Of a stretch of DNA of 64,000 bases, positions 18,921 to 29,122 are shown one piece after another; position 1 is the stretch's first letter; each line of letters starts with the position of its first letter. A model generated the notes under the pieces. That model saw only the letters and a program-made list of their open reading frames with translations. It did not search any database and was not told the DNA's origin. Location: NCBI GenBank assembly GCA_965237675.1, contig OZ250150.1, positions 3,680,001 to 3,744,000 on the forward strand. Reading direction: 5' to 3'. The translations under genes were made by a program, and so were the position numbers. This DNA comes from Candidatus Latescibacterota bacterium. GTDB taxonomy: Bacteria > Latescibacterota > UBA2968 > GCA-2709665.

Positions 18921-20441
18921 ATGAATGTCGAGATGCTGATCACCTGGTTTCAGGCGGTTCTATTGATTCTCTATAGCGTGACGCTTGGCCTGCTGATGAT
19001 CTTCAGTTTGCACCGGCACGTGATGGTGCGGCTGTACTTCAAGAATCGGCGTAAGCGGCCGGTCCCGGTCGGCCGGTTTGAGGAATTGCCCCGGGTGACG
19101 GTGCAGTTGCCGGTTTACAATGAACTATACGTGGTGGAGCGGCTGATCCGCGCGGTGGCTGGCGTCGACTATCCACGGGACCGAGTGGAAATTCAGGTTT
19201 TGGACGATTCGTCCGATGAGACGACCGACGTGGCGAAGCGGTGCGTGGCGGAGTTAAGGAAGTCGGGACACGATATCGTCTGCCTCCATCGAACGAATCG
19301 CGAGGGCTTCAAAGCGGGCGCCCTTGCCGAGGGGTTGCGGGTTGCAAGCGGCGAATATGTGGCGGTATTCGACGCTGATTTTTTGCCCCCCAGAGAATTC
19401 CTCAGGAAAACGATTCACTATTTCACGGATACGGGTGTGGGTCTGGTGCAGGCAAGGTGGGACCATCTGAACCGCGATTATTCCCTGTTGACGCAGGTGC
19501 AGGCGATTTTCCTCGACGGGCATTTTATGATTGAACACGGCGCCCGCAGCCGATCGGGTCTGTTCTTCAATTTTAACGGCACAGCCGGCATCTGGCGCAG
19601 GCGGTGTATCGAAGATGCCGGAGGATGGGAGAACGACACCCTTACGGAAGATCTCGACCTGAGCTATCGGGCGCAGTTGGCCGGATGGCGATTTCTGTTT
19701 CTCGACGACGTCGTTGCGCCGGCCGAGTTGCCTGTGGAGATGAATGCCTGGAAGACACAGCAGTTCCGCTGGTCCAAGGGGTCTGCGCAGACGGCCCGTA
19801 AACTGGTCGGGCGGGTCCTGCGCGCGAGATTGCCGTGGCGGGTGAAGCTGGAGGCGCTGATCCATTTAAATGGAAATTTCTCTTATTTGCTGATGGCCCT
19901 GCTGGCGGCTCTGATCTTCCCCGCAGTGCTTGCCCGTCTGGACCTTGGGTGGTTTCGTGTTGTCTTCGTGGATCTGCCATTGTTTGTTTCCGCGACGGGG
20001 GCGGTGTCCCGGTTTTATATCTACTCACAAAAGGAACTCTATCCGGACTGGAGACGACGTATCAAGTATATGCCCTGCGTGCTGGCGGCCGGTATGGGGA
20101 TTTCGTTCAACAATGCCCGAGCGGTGCTCGAGGGTCTGGCGGGACACCAGACTGAGTTCCGGCGTACGCCGAAGTACCAGGTTGTGGACCGCCGGGATAC
20201 CTGGCGTGGCAAGCGATACGCCGTGCACAGGAATGTGCTGTCTATCGTAGAACTCGGTGTCGGGTTGTATTTTTTGTGGGTGATCGGGTTCGCCATCAGT
20301 CACCGGATCTATTTTCCGATTCCGTTTATCGCTCTGTTCAGCCTGGGATTCTTCTATGTGGGATGGATGTCACTTTTTCAGGGGCGTTTTCAACGGTTGC
20401 GGGCGTTTTTTTCGAGAGAGAAAGCGCCTGCGACGGATTGA
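18921..20441 (+). CDS. Glycosyltransferase family 2, cellulose-synthase-like, membrane-bound
   Basis: QLPVYNE, DDSSD, GFKAGAL, FDADF, TEDLD, QQFRW (QxxRW); N- and C-terminal TM helices. Confidence 0.93.
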   Translation: MNVEMLITWFQAVLLILYSVTLGLLMIFSLHRHVMVRLYFKNRRKRPVPVGRFEELPRVTVQLPVYNELYVVERLIRAVAGVDYPRDRVEIQVLDDSSDETTDVAKRCVAELRKSGHDIVCLHRTNREGFKAGALAEGLRVASGEYVAVFDADFLPPREFLRKTIHYFTDTGVGLVQARWDHLNRDYSLLTQVQAIFLDGHFMIEHGARSRSGLFFNFNGTAGIWRRRCIEDAGGWENDTLTEDLDLSYRAQLAGWRFLFLDDVVAPAELPVEMNAWKTQQFRWSKGSAQTARKLVGRVLRARLPWRVKLEALIHLNGNFSYLLMALLAALIFPAVLARLDLGWFRVVFVDLPLFVSATGAVSRFYIYSQKELYPDWRRRIKYMPCVLAAGMGISFNNARAVLEGLAGHQTEFRRTPKYQVVDRRDTWRGKRYAVHRNVLSIVELGVGLYFLWVIGFAISHRIYFPIPFIALFSLGFFYVGWMSLFQGRFQRLRAFFSREKAPATD

Positions 20442-20503
20442 GAGCGCCATCGCCTGATGCATGGGGAGCGGACCCCCGCCCTTACCCCGAGGAACGGATA
20501 TCG

Positions 20504-20535
20504 GGCCCGGCAAGGCTGCTGCCGTCGGGCCTTTT
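20504..20535 (+). terminator. Probable terminator after GT2
   Basis: GGCCCG...CGGGCC followed by TTTT. Confidence 0.5.
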
Positions 20536-20721
20536 GTCTTGCAGGGCGGACATCGGAAGGCGTGAAGACACCGATAGACAGCAAGCGTACCTGGGGTCCC
20601 GGTCGCCAGCCCTGTATGTTTCGCCCGGCCATGCGGGTCATCCGGGGCTTTATTCTTGTTTATCTTCCAGGTTCCACTATATTTGTTGCACGCCGGGGAC
20701 CAGTTACCAACGTGGGTTTTT

Positions 20722-21618
20722 ATGATAGCGCGAATCGGCGGACTTCTCGCCAATCGTTACACCCTCGCGTACGGGGCGGCGCTGGTTGTGCATCTGCTGT
20801 TTTTTGTCCTTTACGTCCCTCTGTCGAGCCTCGTTCCGCAACCGCGGACCGATGTACCGGCCCACGAGTCCCGGCCGATGTCTTTCGAATTTGTCGAGTT
20901 GCCCCATCAGGCCCCGGACGAACAGCCGCCGGATGCAACATCGGTGCGGTCAGACCGGGTCTCGCGGGCGAAGGACCTCGAAGATGCGTCCCTGCCGGAT
21001 TCGCATCTGCCGTACACCGACGGGCTGGTACAATCCACGGCACAGCCCCGGTCTGATATCGGACAGCAAGGCGAACGGGGTGAGCGCGGGAAGGCCCGCG
21101 CGAGGTCCCACGCCGATCAGAAGGACCGCGCCGACACGGAACACGATGTGGTTTCGACGGATTTCGCGTCGTTGTTGAAGCAACGAGAAAAATGGTCCCC
21201 GCAGCAGCCGAAAGGGACATTGTTCGGACGCCCGGACGCCCCCGGTGTATTGCCGATGAAGAACCTGCAAAGCCACGCCCTCGGGCAGGGGGGTTTGCAG
21301 TTGAGTACGTATGACTGGGAATTCGCCCCGTATCTTGCATATCTCAAACGCCACATTGGCGACCATATTCATCCGCCGGCTGCGTTCACACAACTGGGGC
21401 TCATTCAGGGTCGGACCCGGCTGAAATTCAGGGTTATGCCCGATGGCAGCCTTGCGGACCTGGAGGTAATCGACTTCGACGGTAGCCCGTACCTGCGGGA
21501 TACCAGCACGCGCGCGGTGGAACTGTCGGCCGATTTCCGGCCGCTGCCGCCGCATTTTCCGGAGGACTTTCTGGAAATTACCGCCCTCTTCCACTATATA
21601 ATACTGGATTCGCAATAA
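20722..21618 (+). CDS. TonB/TolA-like energy transducer
   Basis: N-terminal TM with His (AALVVHLL), P/D/Q-rich linker, C-terminal domain (APYLAYLKRHI...FRVMPDGSL...FRPLP); adjacent to exbBD. Confidence 0.8.
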   Translation: MIARIGGLLANRYTLAYGAALVVHLLFFVLYVPLSSLVPQPRTDVPAHESRPMSFEFVELPHQAPDEQPPDATSVRSDRVSRAKDLEDASLPDSHLPYTDGLVQSTAQPRSDIGQQGERGERGKARARSHADQKDRADTEHDVVSTDFASLLKQREKWSPQQPKGTLFGRPDAPGVLPMKNLQSHALGQGGLQLSTYDWEFAPYLAYLKRHIGDHIHPPAAFTQLGLIQGRTRLKFRVMPDGSLADLEVIDFDGSPYLRDTSTRAVELSADFRPLPPHFPEDFLEITALFHYIILDSQ

Positions 21619-21633
21619 CACGGGAGCTGCTGC

Positions 21634-22260
21634 ATGGGATGGGAGTTGTTTGTGCAGGGGGGACTGGTTATGTATCCCCTTGCTTTATGTTCAATCCTTA
21701 CGCTGGCCATCACACTGGAGCGGGCGTTCAGTCTGCGGCGCAACCGGATCATTCGAGTCGAAATTGCCAGCCTGATCGAGAACATAAAGGGCCCGGAAGA
21801 TATCGGCCTGGCGGTGTCCGTATGCAACCAGTACGAAGGGCCGTTCGCGCAGGTTGTCCGCGCGGGGCTCGACAACCGCCACCTGCCGCCAGATGAGATA
21901 AAAGAGAGCATTGTGGATCAGGGCCGCCAGGAAATGGGGAAGTTGCAGAAGGGGATGGTTGTTCTGGAAACCGTTGCCAGCGTTTCCCCGCTCCTGGGGC
22001 TGTTGGGTACGGTTCTGGGGATGATTAAGGTTTTTCGTGAGATTTCAGAGGTGGGCGTCGGGCAGGGCAACCTGCTTGCGGGCGGTATCTCGGAAGCGAT
22101 ATTGACGACCGGCGCCGGGCTGTTTATTGCAATTCCGTCACTTGTTTTTTTTAACTATTTCAGCAGCAAGGCGGAGAGTCTGGTTTTGGAGATCGAGAAA
22201 TATTCCAATGCGCTTCTGAAAAAGCTACGGAGATTCCAGGTGGGTGAACCGAACGAATAG
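21634..22260 (+). CDS. exbB: MotA/TolQ/ExbB proton channel
   Basis: GGLVMYPL, SPLLGLLGTVLGMI, GGISEAILTTGAGL. Confidence 0.92.
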   Translation: MGWELFVQGGLVMYPLALCSILTLAITLERAFSLRRNRIIRVEIASLIENIKGPEDIGLAVSVCNQYEGPFAQVVRAGLDNRHLPPDEIKESIVDQGRQEMGKLQKGMVVLETVASVSPLLGLLGTVLGMIKVFREISEVGVGQGNLLAGGISEAILTTGAGLFIAIPSLVFFNYFSSKAESLVLEIEKYSNALLKKLRRFQVGEPNE

Positions 22261-22271
22261 AGGGCGGAGAA

Positions 22272-22685
22272 ATGCAGTTGTTTCAGAAACCCAAACGACG
22301 GCCGTACATCAATATCACGTCATTGATCGACGTGCTGTTCTTGCTGCTGACGTTTTTTCTCGTGACCACATCGTTCATCGAGCAGTCCGCGCTTAAAGTG
22401 GAACTGCCGTCGATGGAACACTCCGACCGGGTTCAGCAGCAGAAACGCTTTGTGCTGGATGTTGCTCCGGATGGCGAGATTCAATATGAAGGCGAGCCCG
22501 TCGAACGGACCGCGTTGGGCGTCCGGTTGCGGGGGGCTTCAAATGAGATCAACGCCGGCGGCGGCCTTGTCTTGCGGGCCGATCGGAACCTTCCCCATGG
22601 CGAGGTGATGAGCGTCTTGGATATTATCCGGGGGGCAGGAGTCAGGCGTTTCGTAATTGCTACGGTGGCCTCCGGGCCCGGATAA
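22272..22685 (+). CDS. exbD: ExbD/TolR protein
   Basis: NITSLIDVLFLLLTFF; LRADRNL...VLD. Confidence 0.92.
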   Translation: MQLFQKPKRRPYINITSLIDVLFLLLTFFLVTTSFIEQSALKVELPSMEHSDRVQQQKRFVLDVAPDGEIQYEGEPVERTALGVRLRGASNEINAGGGLVLRADRNLPHGEVMSVLDIIRGAGVRRFVIATVASGPG

Positions 22686-22861
22686 AAATACGGTCGCAGT
22701 CAGCACGGGATCGGGGGCTAATTCTCTTTGGGTATGGATCTTCCGATGATCAGACTCGGTCGAACTCGAAGCCGGCCGCTCGCGCCGCGCAATGCCGGAC
22801 AGTCGGCGGGACGGAACGCGGAGAAAATAAGCTGTGAATTGTGTTTCATATTGCGCAGGTT

Positions 22862-22881
22862 GTAAGTAACCATTTACTTAC
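22862..22881. promoter_or_regulatory. Palindromic operator upstream of the RND operon
   Basis: GTAAGTAA-CCAT-TTACTTAC, a perfect AT-rich 8-bp inverted repeat ending 27 bp before the ATG. Confidence 0.65.
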
Positions 22882-22907
22882 TCGGACCCGGGTCCGCGGG
22901 GGGATGC

Positions 22908-24248
22908 ATGTTCAGGTGTCTACGTATCGTTTTTGTCGGCGTTTTTGCGGTTCTATCGGGATGCGGTGAGGGTGACATGGGATCGGCGCGTCGCGGGGAA
23001 CAGCGCCGGGGTGCGGCGGTGCCCGTCAGGGTGGAGCCGGTGAATCGTCGCGATATTTCCAGTTATATTCTGGCCAATGAAAAACTGGAGGCGTTTCAGT
23101 GGGTCGAAGTGCGTTCCAGGACTTCCGGGCAGGTCGTGGCGATACTCAGGGAAGAGGGTGATCCCGTCCGGGAGGGCACGGTGCTGGCGCGGCTGGATTC
23201 GGAGGCGGCGCGGTTGCAGGTCAAACGCATGGAAGTGGCTTACCACGACGCGCGTCGCGTCTTCGAGCGAGACGAAAAGATGTATAAACGGAACCTCCTG
23301 AGCAAAGAGAGGTATGAGAATTCAAAAGGGCAGATGGACCGCGCGCATACCGAGTTGGAGCAGGCGAGGTTGAATTTGAGCTATACCACCATCGCTTCGC
23401 CTCTGGAGGGCACGCTGACCATTCGAAGCGTTGAGGTCGGAAACATGGTGACCGCCAATCAGCCGGTGTTTTCGGTGGCGGACTTCGACCCGCTGCTTGC
23501 GCGCATCCGAATTCCGGAAAAGAACATGGGCAAAGTGGCGGTCGGGCAGGGCGCGAAAGTCGCGGTGGAGTCCGCTCCCGGTCGGGTTTTTCGCGGCGTG
23601 GTGAAGATGATCAGCCCGGTCGTGGATCCGGAAAGCGGAACCATCAAAGTCACCATCGAAGTTCCCGGCGGCGGAAAGGGAATCCTGCGGCCGGGCATGT
23701 TCGCCTCGGTGCATATCATTACCGAGGTGCACGAAAACACACTGGTGATTCCCAAAAAGGCGCTTTTTCTCGAAGGGGAGGGGAATCAGGTCTTCGTATA
23801 CGAAAAGGATGGCGAACGAGGTGCGGGGAAGGCGGTTCGCAAGAAGGTCGGCATGGGGTTTTCCGATAACGAACACCTGGAGATTCTGAGCGGCCTGTCG
23901 GAGGGGGAACAGGTCATTACCGTGGGGCATGAAGGGCTGCGGCCGGGGACGGCCGTGCGTCTTGTGGGCGAGGGGGTTGCGGACGAAACGGCGGACGCGA
24001 AGAAGACCAACGGCGGGATTGCGGGGCCGGGGGGCCGTGGCGATATTCAGCGGGCTGGCGGCGACAACGACCAGCTCGAGGCAGTGAAGGAACGGATGCT
24101 CGCGCGGTTTCCTGACCTCAAGAAAGCGTATGATGCACGCGTGAAGAAAGATCCGGATCTGGCGACCAGTCGTGAAAAGTGGCGGGCATTCATGGGTGAA
24201 ATGCGTCGGAGGGGTATCGTACCCGCCGGAGGCGGGAGACCGCAATGA
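22908..24248 (+). CDS. RND efflux periplasmic adaptor (lipoprotein)
   Basis: Lipobox LSGC; EGDPVREGTVLARLD, IASPLEG, SPVVDPESGT, LRPGMFA. Confidence 0.93.
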   Translation: MFRCLRIVFVGVFAVLSGCGEGDMGSARRGEQRRGAAVPVRVEPVNRRDISSYILANEKLEAFQWVEVRSRTSGQVVAILREEGDPVREGTVLARLDSEAARLQVKRMEVAYHDARRVFERDEKMYKRNLLSKERYENSKGQMDRAHTELEQARLNLSYTTIASPLEGTLTIRSVEVGNMVTANQPVFSVADFDPLLARIRIPEKNMGKVAVGQGAKVAVESAPGRVFRGVVKMISPVVDPESGTIKVTIEVPGGGKGILRPGMFASVHIITEVHENTLVIPKKALFLEGEGNQVFVYEKDGERGAGKAVRKKVGMGFSDNEHLEILSGLSEGEQVITVGHEGLRPGTAVRLVGEGVADETADAKKTNGGIAGPGGRGDIQRAGGDNDQLEAVKERMLARFPDLKKAYDARVKKDPDLATSREKWRAFMGEMRRRGIVPAGGGRPQ

Positions 24249-27200
24249 AGCTGATCGCGTTTTCGACCCGCCGTCGGGTCACGGTAACGATGTTTGTCGT
24301 GGCGGCCGTGATTTTCGGTCTGGTTGCGTTTCGGCGGCTTTCTATCAATCTGCTTCCGGATATCACGTATCCCACACTGACGGTGCGGACCGATTACGAA
24401 GGCACCGCGCCTTCGGAAATGGAACGCCTGGTTACGGAACCCGTGGAGGGGGCGGTGGGGGTGGTGACGAATGTGATCCGGGTGAGTTCCACGTCCCGTC
24501 CGGGCGTGTCTGAGGTGGTTGTCGAGTTTTCCTGGGGCACGGATATGGACTTCGCATCCTTGGATCTCAGGGAGAAATTGGACCGGTTGCAGCTTCCGCA
24601 GGGGGCGGAAAAACCGGTTCTGCTGCGTTTTGACCCGTCCCTGGATCCGATTATGCGGATCGGGCTCTACGGACAGGAGAGCCTGGTCGCCCTTCGTCTA
24701 TTGGCCGAGGAACAAATCAAGCTGGATCTGGAGAGCCTCGAGGGAGTCGCCGCGGCGCGCGTAAACGGAGGGCTTGAAGAGGAAATACACATAGAATTGG
24801 ATGAACCCAGGCTGGCGTCGCTGCGAATTCCGGTCCAACAGATCACCAGACGCCTGGGACAGGAGAATGTGAATCTGACCGGAGGGCAACTCAAAGATGG
24901 CGAGGCGGAGTACGTGGTGCGCACGGTCAATGAGTTTCGCTCGGTTCAGGAGATTCGGGACATCGTTGTGGGAGAACGACGGGACGCCGCGATAACCCTC
25001 TCCGACGTCGGTCGCGTTTTTCGGGGACACAAAGAACGCACCGTGATTAACCGAATCAATGGACGCGAGAGCGTGGAACTGGCCGTCTATAAAGAGGGCG
25101 ATGCCAATACCGTGACGGTCGCAGATCGTGTCACAGAGGCGCTCAGGGGTTTTCAGAAAGAGGCTGGCGCGCTAGGGGGCAACGCGCAAATAGATGTTGT
25201 GTTCAGCCAGGCGACGTTCATCAGGGCGTCTGTCTCGGAGGTGCTCAATACGGCAATTATGGGCGGGGTGTTGGCGGTGGTCGTGTTGTATCTGTTCCTG
25301 GGCAACCCCAGGAGTACCGCGATCATCAGCCTGTCTATTCCGATTTCCGTCGTATCCACGTTTCTGCTGATGTTCAGTTCGGATGTCAGCCTGAATATAA
25401 TGTCCCTGGGCGGGTTGGCGCTGGGCATCGGGATGCTGGTGGACAACTCCATTGTCGTACTGGAAAGCGTTCAGCGGTACCGCGACGAGGGTCTGTCTTC
25501 ACTTGAAGCGACCGTGACGGGGGCCAGCGAAGTGGGGAGAGCGGTGGTGGCTTCCACCCTGACCACAATCTGTGTCTTTGTGCCCATTGTTTTTGTTGAA
25601 GGGATCGCTGGTCAGTTGTTTCGAGATCAGGCGTTGACGGTGACGTTCTCCCTCGCGGCCTCCCTGCTGGTCGCGCTGACTCTGATTCCGATGCTGGCGT
25701 CTCTCGAGTTTGGCAGGAGAGATGACGCGGCCGGGGTCCAGCGTCGGCGCTGGAACTTGCCTTCCGGCTCTACAGCGGGTCTGGCAAGGGGGATCCGTTT
25801 CTTCCTGCGCGCCGGGCGGGCGTTGGGCAGAGGCGCTGTCGCCCTCCTGTACCCGGTTATCTGGCTCTTTGATCAGATAATGGACAGGACATACCGGTTC
25901 TATCCACGGGTGATCGGCTGGGCGCTGGGTCATCGCGCCGCCGTGCTTCTTTTCGCGCTGGCGCTTGCGGGCGCGTCATGGTTGCTGGTCGGCTTTCTGG
26001 GAAGTGAACTGATTCCCGAGATGAGCCAGGGTGAATTCAGCGTCTCCGTGAAGATGCCGGTGGGCACCCCGCTGGTCGCCACCGAAAGGACGATACGTGG
26101 CATGGAGCGGATTATTCAGGCCCAGCCCGAGGTGGAACTGGTTTATAGTACCGTCGGCTCAAGCGGGGCATCCGATGGGTCCGCCGGAGAGGAGCGAGAG
26201 AATATCGGACAGATCCAGGTGGCGCTGAAAGAGGGCATAATACGGGCTCGGGAAGACGCGGTGATGGATCGATTGAGGCAGGCGTTTCGGGGCATGCCGG
26301 CAGCGGAGTGCAAATTTGCCCGGCCGTCGTTTTTTACTTCGAAGACGCCGATCGAGGTGGAGATTTCCGGATATAATCTCAACACTTTGCGGACGTTGTC
26401 CGACGAACTTGCACGCAGGTTGGAGGACGTCTCGGGGCTCGTCGACGTGAAGACCAGCGCGGAGGGCGGCAATCCGGAGGTGCAGATCCGCTTCAATCGG
26501 AAGTGGGTCGCGCAAATGGGGACAACCATCAACGCGATCGGGACGCTTATAAGAAATAAGATCCAGGGCGAGGTGGCTACGGAGTTTGCTCAGGGCGACA
26601 GAAAGGTGGATATTCGCGTGCGTGCGGATGAGCAGCACCGGGCTACGGTGGAAGATCTCAAACGTCTCATTGTGAGTCCGGCCGATGCGTCGGCGCCCAT
26701 CCCCCTTGCGGTGGTTGCGGACCTGACAGTAGAAATGGGGCCCGCAGAGATCCTTCGAGCGGATCAGGAGCGAGTGGCGGTTGTTTCCGCCAACCTTGAA
26801 GGACGCAGTCTGAGCGAGGTGGTGGACGACATTGAAGCCGTGATACGAGACATGGACTATCCCCCCGACTATCACGTCAAGATTGGTGGTCAGAACGAGG
26901 AGCGTAAACGGTCGTTCGAGAGTATGCAGTTGGCGATTTTGCTGGCCGTTTTTCTGGTATACCTGGTAATGGCCTCCCAGTTTGAGTCGTTGATCCATCC
27001 CTTTGTTATCATGTTTTCGATTCCATTTGGCTTGGTTGGTGTGGTCTGGATGCTATTGGCTACGGGGCAGACGGTGAGCGTGGTGGTTTTGATCGGCCTG
27101 ATTATGCTGGCAGGAATTGTCGTGAACAACGCGATTGTGTTAATCGACTATATAAACGCCCTGCGTCGGGATCGGGGAATGGCAAAGCGAGAGGCCATAG

Positions 27201-27517
27201 AGCGGGCATGCCAGGTCAGGCTGCGCCCGATTCTGATGACCACGTCAACCACGGTGTTGGGGTTATTGCCCATGGCTCTGGGGATCTTCGATTTCAGGCC
27301 CTTTGTCGGGAGCGTGGAATCCGGCCTTGCAAATGTGTTGCCGGGTGGCGCCTTACAGTACGTAATGGGGGCGATGAACGTCGTTTTTCCGGTGGGGCAG
27401 GGTGCGGAAATCCGTGCGCCGATGGCCATAACCGTTATCGGCGGCCTCGTGATTTCCACACTGGTGACACTGGTACTGATCCCGACGCTATATTCCCTGG
27501 TTGATCGGAGAGAATAG
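24245..27517 (+). CDS. RND efflux permease (AcrB/AcrD/AcrF family)
   Basis: GMLVDNSIVVLE, GIVVNNAIVLID, RLRPILMT; about 12 TM, 1090 aa. Confidence 0.95.
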   Translation: MKLIAFSTRRRVTVTMFVVAAVIFGLVAFRRLSINLLPDITYPTLTVRTDYEGTAPSEMERLVTEPVEGAVGVVTNVIRVSSTSRPGVSEVVVEFSWGTDMDFASLDLREKLDRLQLPQGAEKPVLLRFDPSLDPIMRIGLYGQESLVALRLLAEEQIKLDLESLEGVAAARVNGGLEEEIHIELDEPRLASLRIPVQQITRRLGQENVNLTGGQLKDGEAEYVVRTVNEFRSVQEIRDIVVGERRDAAITLSDVGRVFRGHKERTVINRINGRESVELAVYKEGDANTVTVADRVTEALRGFQKEAGALGGNAQIDVVFSQATFIRASVSEVLNTAIMGGVLAVVVLYLFLGNPRSTAIISLSIPISVVSTFLLMFSSDVSLNIMSLGGLALGIGMLVDNSIVVLESVQRYRDEGLSSLEATVTGASEVGRAVVASTLTTICVFVPIVFVEGIAGQLFRDQALTVTFSLAASLLVALTLIPMLASLEFGRRDDAAGVQRRRWNLPSGSTAGLARGIRFFLRAGRALGRGAVALLYPVIWLFDQIMDRTYRFYPRVIGWALGHRAAVLLFALALAGASWLLVGFLGSELIPEMSQGEFSVSVKMPVGTPLVATERTIRGMERIIQAQPEVELVYSTVGSSGASDGSAGEERENIGQIQVALKEGIIRAREDAVMDRLRQAFRGMPAAECKFARPSFFTSKTPIEVEISGYNLNTLRTLSDELARRLEDVSGLVDVKTSAEGGNPEVQIRFNRKWVAQMGTTINAIGTLIRNKIQGEVATEFAQGDRKVDIRVRADEQHRATVEDLKRLIVSPADASAPIPLAVVADLTVEMGPAEILRADQERVAVVSANLEGRSLSEVVDDIEAVIRDMDYPPDYHVKIGGQNEERKRSFESMQLAILLAVFLVYLVMASQFESLIHPFVIMFSIPFGLVGVVWMLLATGQTVSVVVLIGLIMLAGIVVNNAIVLIDYINALRRDRGMAKREAIERACQVRLRPILMTTSTTVLGLLPMALGIFDFRPFVGSVESGLANVLPGGALQYVMGAMNVVFPVGQGAEIRAPMAITVIGGLVISTLVTLVLIPTLYSLVDRRE

Positions 27518-27547
27518 AAGCAGGATCATGAATCTGCAGGAGAGGTT

Positions 27548-28318
27548 ATGGAACAGGGTCCGAAGACGGGTCCACAGGATGAAACTTACCAGGAACGCAT
27601 TCAGTCCAGTACGTTGTCGGAACTGGAGGATATGTACGCACATGTGGACCACGGCGAGTATCCGCAACGGGCGGAAGGTCTACGGACCGAAATCCGCAAT
27701 CGGCTGACCGATTTGGAACGTTGTCGCAAACAGCATACCCCTCAAGACGCTGCATGGGCGGGCCTGATTCGGCGTCTCTGGGCAAGCCTGATCGATCTCT
27801 TCATTCACCTTCTGGTTCTAGGCACGTTGTTTCTGGCGGGACGGTTCTTGATTCTGCTCGTAACGAGTTTCGGAAACGACGCGCCGCCGACTGCGGCCGC
27901 GTCCCCCCGCCGCGGTCCGTCGCCGCTGCAGGAATTCGGCGCCGGTCTGCTGGCTGGAGATCCGGTGGCCTGGAAGGACACGGAACAGTGGTTGCGCGTG
28001 GGTTTGGTTACGCTGTGTTTCTTGTGTTACAAGGCGTTGCTGATTGTTCCGGCCTGGAGGCATACCGGGAGTACGCCCGGCATGCGGGAGGCGGGCATCC
28101 GGCTCACACGACGGACAGGTGGACCCATCGGCGCAAAGCGGGCGCTGGTCCGATTCTGGGGACAGTACCTGCTATTCGGACTGACACTGGGCATCAGTGT
28201 GCTTTGGATGATCTGGGACAAGCGGAGACAGACGCTTCACGACAAATTGGCGGACACGTACGTCGTTCGGGAACACCGCACCTGGGAAAAGCCGTTTGAG
28301 ACCCGGGTCTACGATTAG
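27548..28318 (+). CDS. RDD family membrane protein
   Basis: RRLWASLID, GSTPGM, RQTLHDKLADTYVV. Confidence 0.88.
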   Translation: MEQGPKTGPQDETYQERIQSSTLSELEDMYAHVDHGEYPQRAEGLRTEIRNRLTDLERCRKQHTPQDAAWAGLIRRLWASLIDLFIHLLVLGTLFLAGRFLILLVTSFGNDAPPTAAASPRRGPSPLQEFGAGLLAGDPVAWKDTEQWLRVGLVTLCFLCYKALLIVPAWRHTGSTPGMREAGIRLTRRTGGPIGAKRALVRFWGQYLLFGLTLGISVLWMIWDKRRQTLHDKLADTYVVREHRTWEKPFETRVYD

Positions 28319-28343
28319 AGGGCTTTGATCGGACGTTTTACGG

Positions 28344-28372
28344 TTGCCTTTTACCACGTGTTTTGTTATACT
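28344..28372 (+). promoter_or_regulatory. sigma70-type promoter with extended -10
   Basis: TTGCCT-17 nt-TATACT preceded by TGn. Confidence 0.5.
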
Positions 28373-28529
28373 GTTCTATCTTTTCCTCCAAGGTCAACGC
28401 CCTGCTGCCGCACGTACCTCCCGCCATGAAGTCAATACCCGGCCCATTTAAATCGCATGCTTTATTTTTCGACCGCCCCGGGATGCGTCGCCCATCTCGA
28501 CAAAGCGCCAGCGTCTGAGTAGAATCCAC

Positions 28530-28558
28530 GAAACTTTTGCGTCAATCATGCTGTCTAA
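28530..28558 (+). promoter_or_regulatory. ECF sigma-type promoter
   Basis: GAAACTT-16 nt-GTCTAA, matching the RpoE-like -35 AAC / -10 GTC pattern. Confidence 0.55.
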
Positions 28559-28614
28559 ACGTACTGACGGTCCCACGGAAGTGAGAAAGGTTTCCGATTT
28601 GCAGGAGTCTGGTT

Positions 28615-29052
28615 ATGCGTAAGCGGGTCCCGCAGGCGATTTGCTGCTTGCTTGTATTTGTGGTCGGAATGACGGCTGAACCTGTTCAGGCGAAGTCTTT
28701 TTTTACGTCGCGCCGGACATTTGGCGTGCTATTTCTGGGCGGAAGCGCTGTCTTGGCCAAAAAGGCCGTTGATTTCCGCCGGGACGCCAATAGGACCTAT
28801 GACGCCTATAAAATAGCCCGCACATCGGAAGAGGCGCAGCGGTTGTTCGACAGGACGGGCGACTACGATACCAAGAGCAAAATGAGTGTCGGCCTGTCTG
28901 TCGTTCTGCTCGCAAGTGGGTTGCGCCTGATACTCTCAAGTGGTGTGGACGACGACGTTTCCAAGATCCATCGGACGAGGAAGTTCAATCTGGATATGAC
29001 AAACGACGTCAACACAAAAACGGTCAAAGTAACCGTCAAGAGGCGCTTTTAG
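28615..29052 (+). CDS. Hypothetical exported membrane protein
   Basis: Signal peptide (VQA-K), two hydrophobic segments flanking a helical hairpin, C-terminal alternating strand ending in Phe. Confidence 0.75.
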   Translation: MRKRVPQAICCLLVFVVGMTAEPVQAKSFFTSRRTFGVLFLGGSAVLAKKAVDFRRDANRTYDAYKIARTSEEAQRLFDRTGDYDTKSKMSVGLSVVLLASGLRLILSSGVDDDVSKIHRTRKFNLDMTNDVNTKTVKVTVKRRF

Positions 29053-29122
29053 TCGTACAGAGTGGGGCCGTCAACCGGCGGCCCGCAAATATCCGTAGCT
29101 CGTGTGCATGAAGGAGAGGTTT

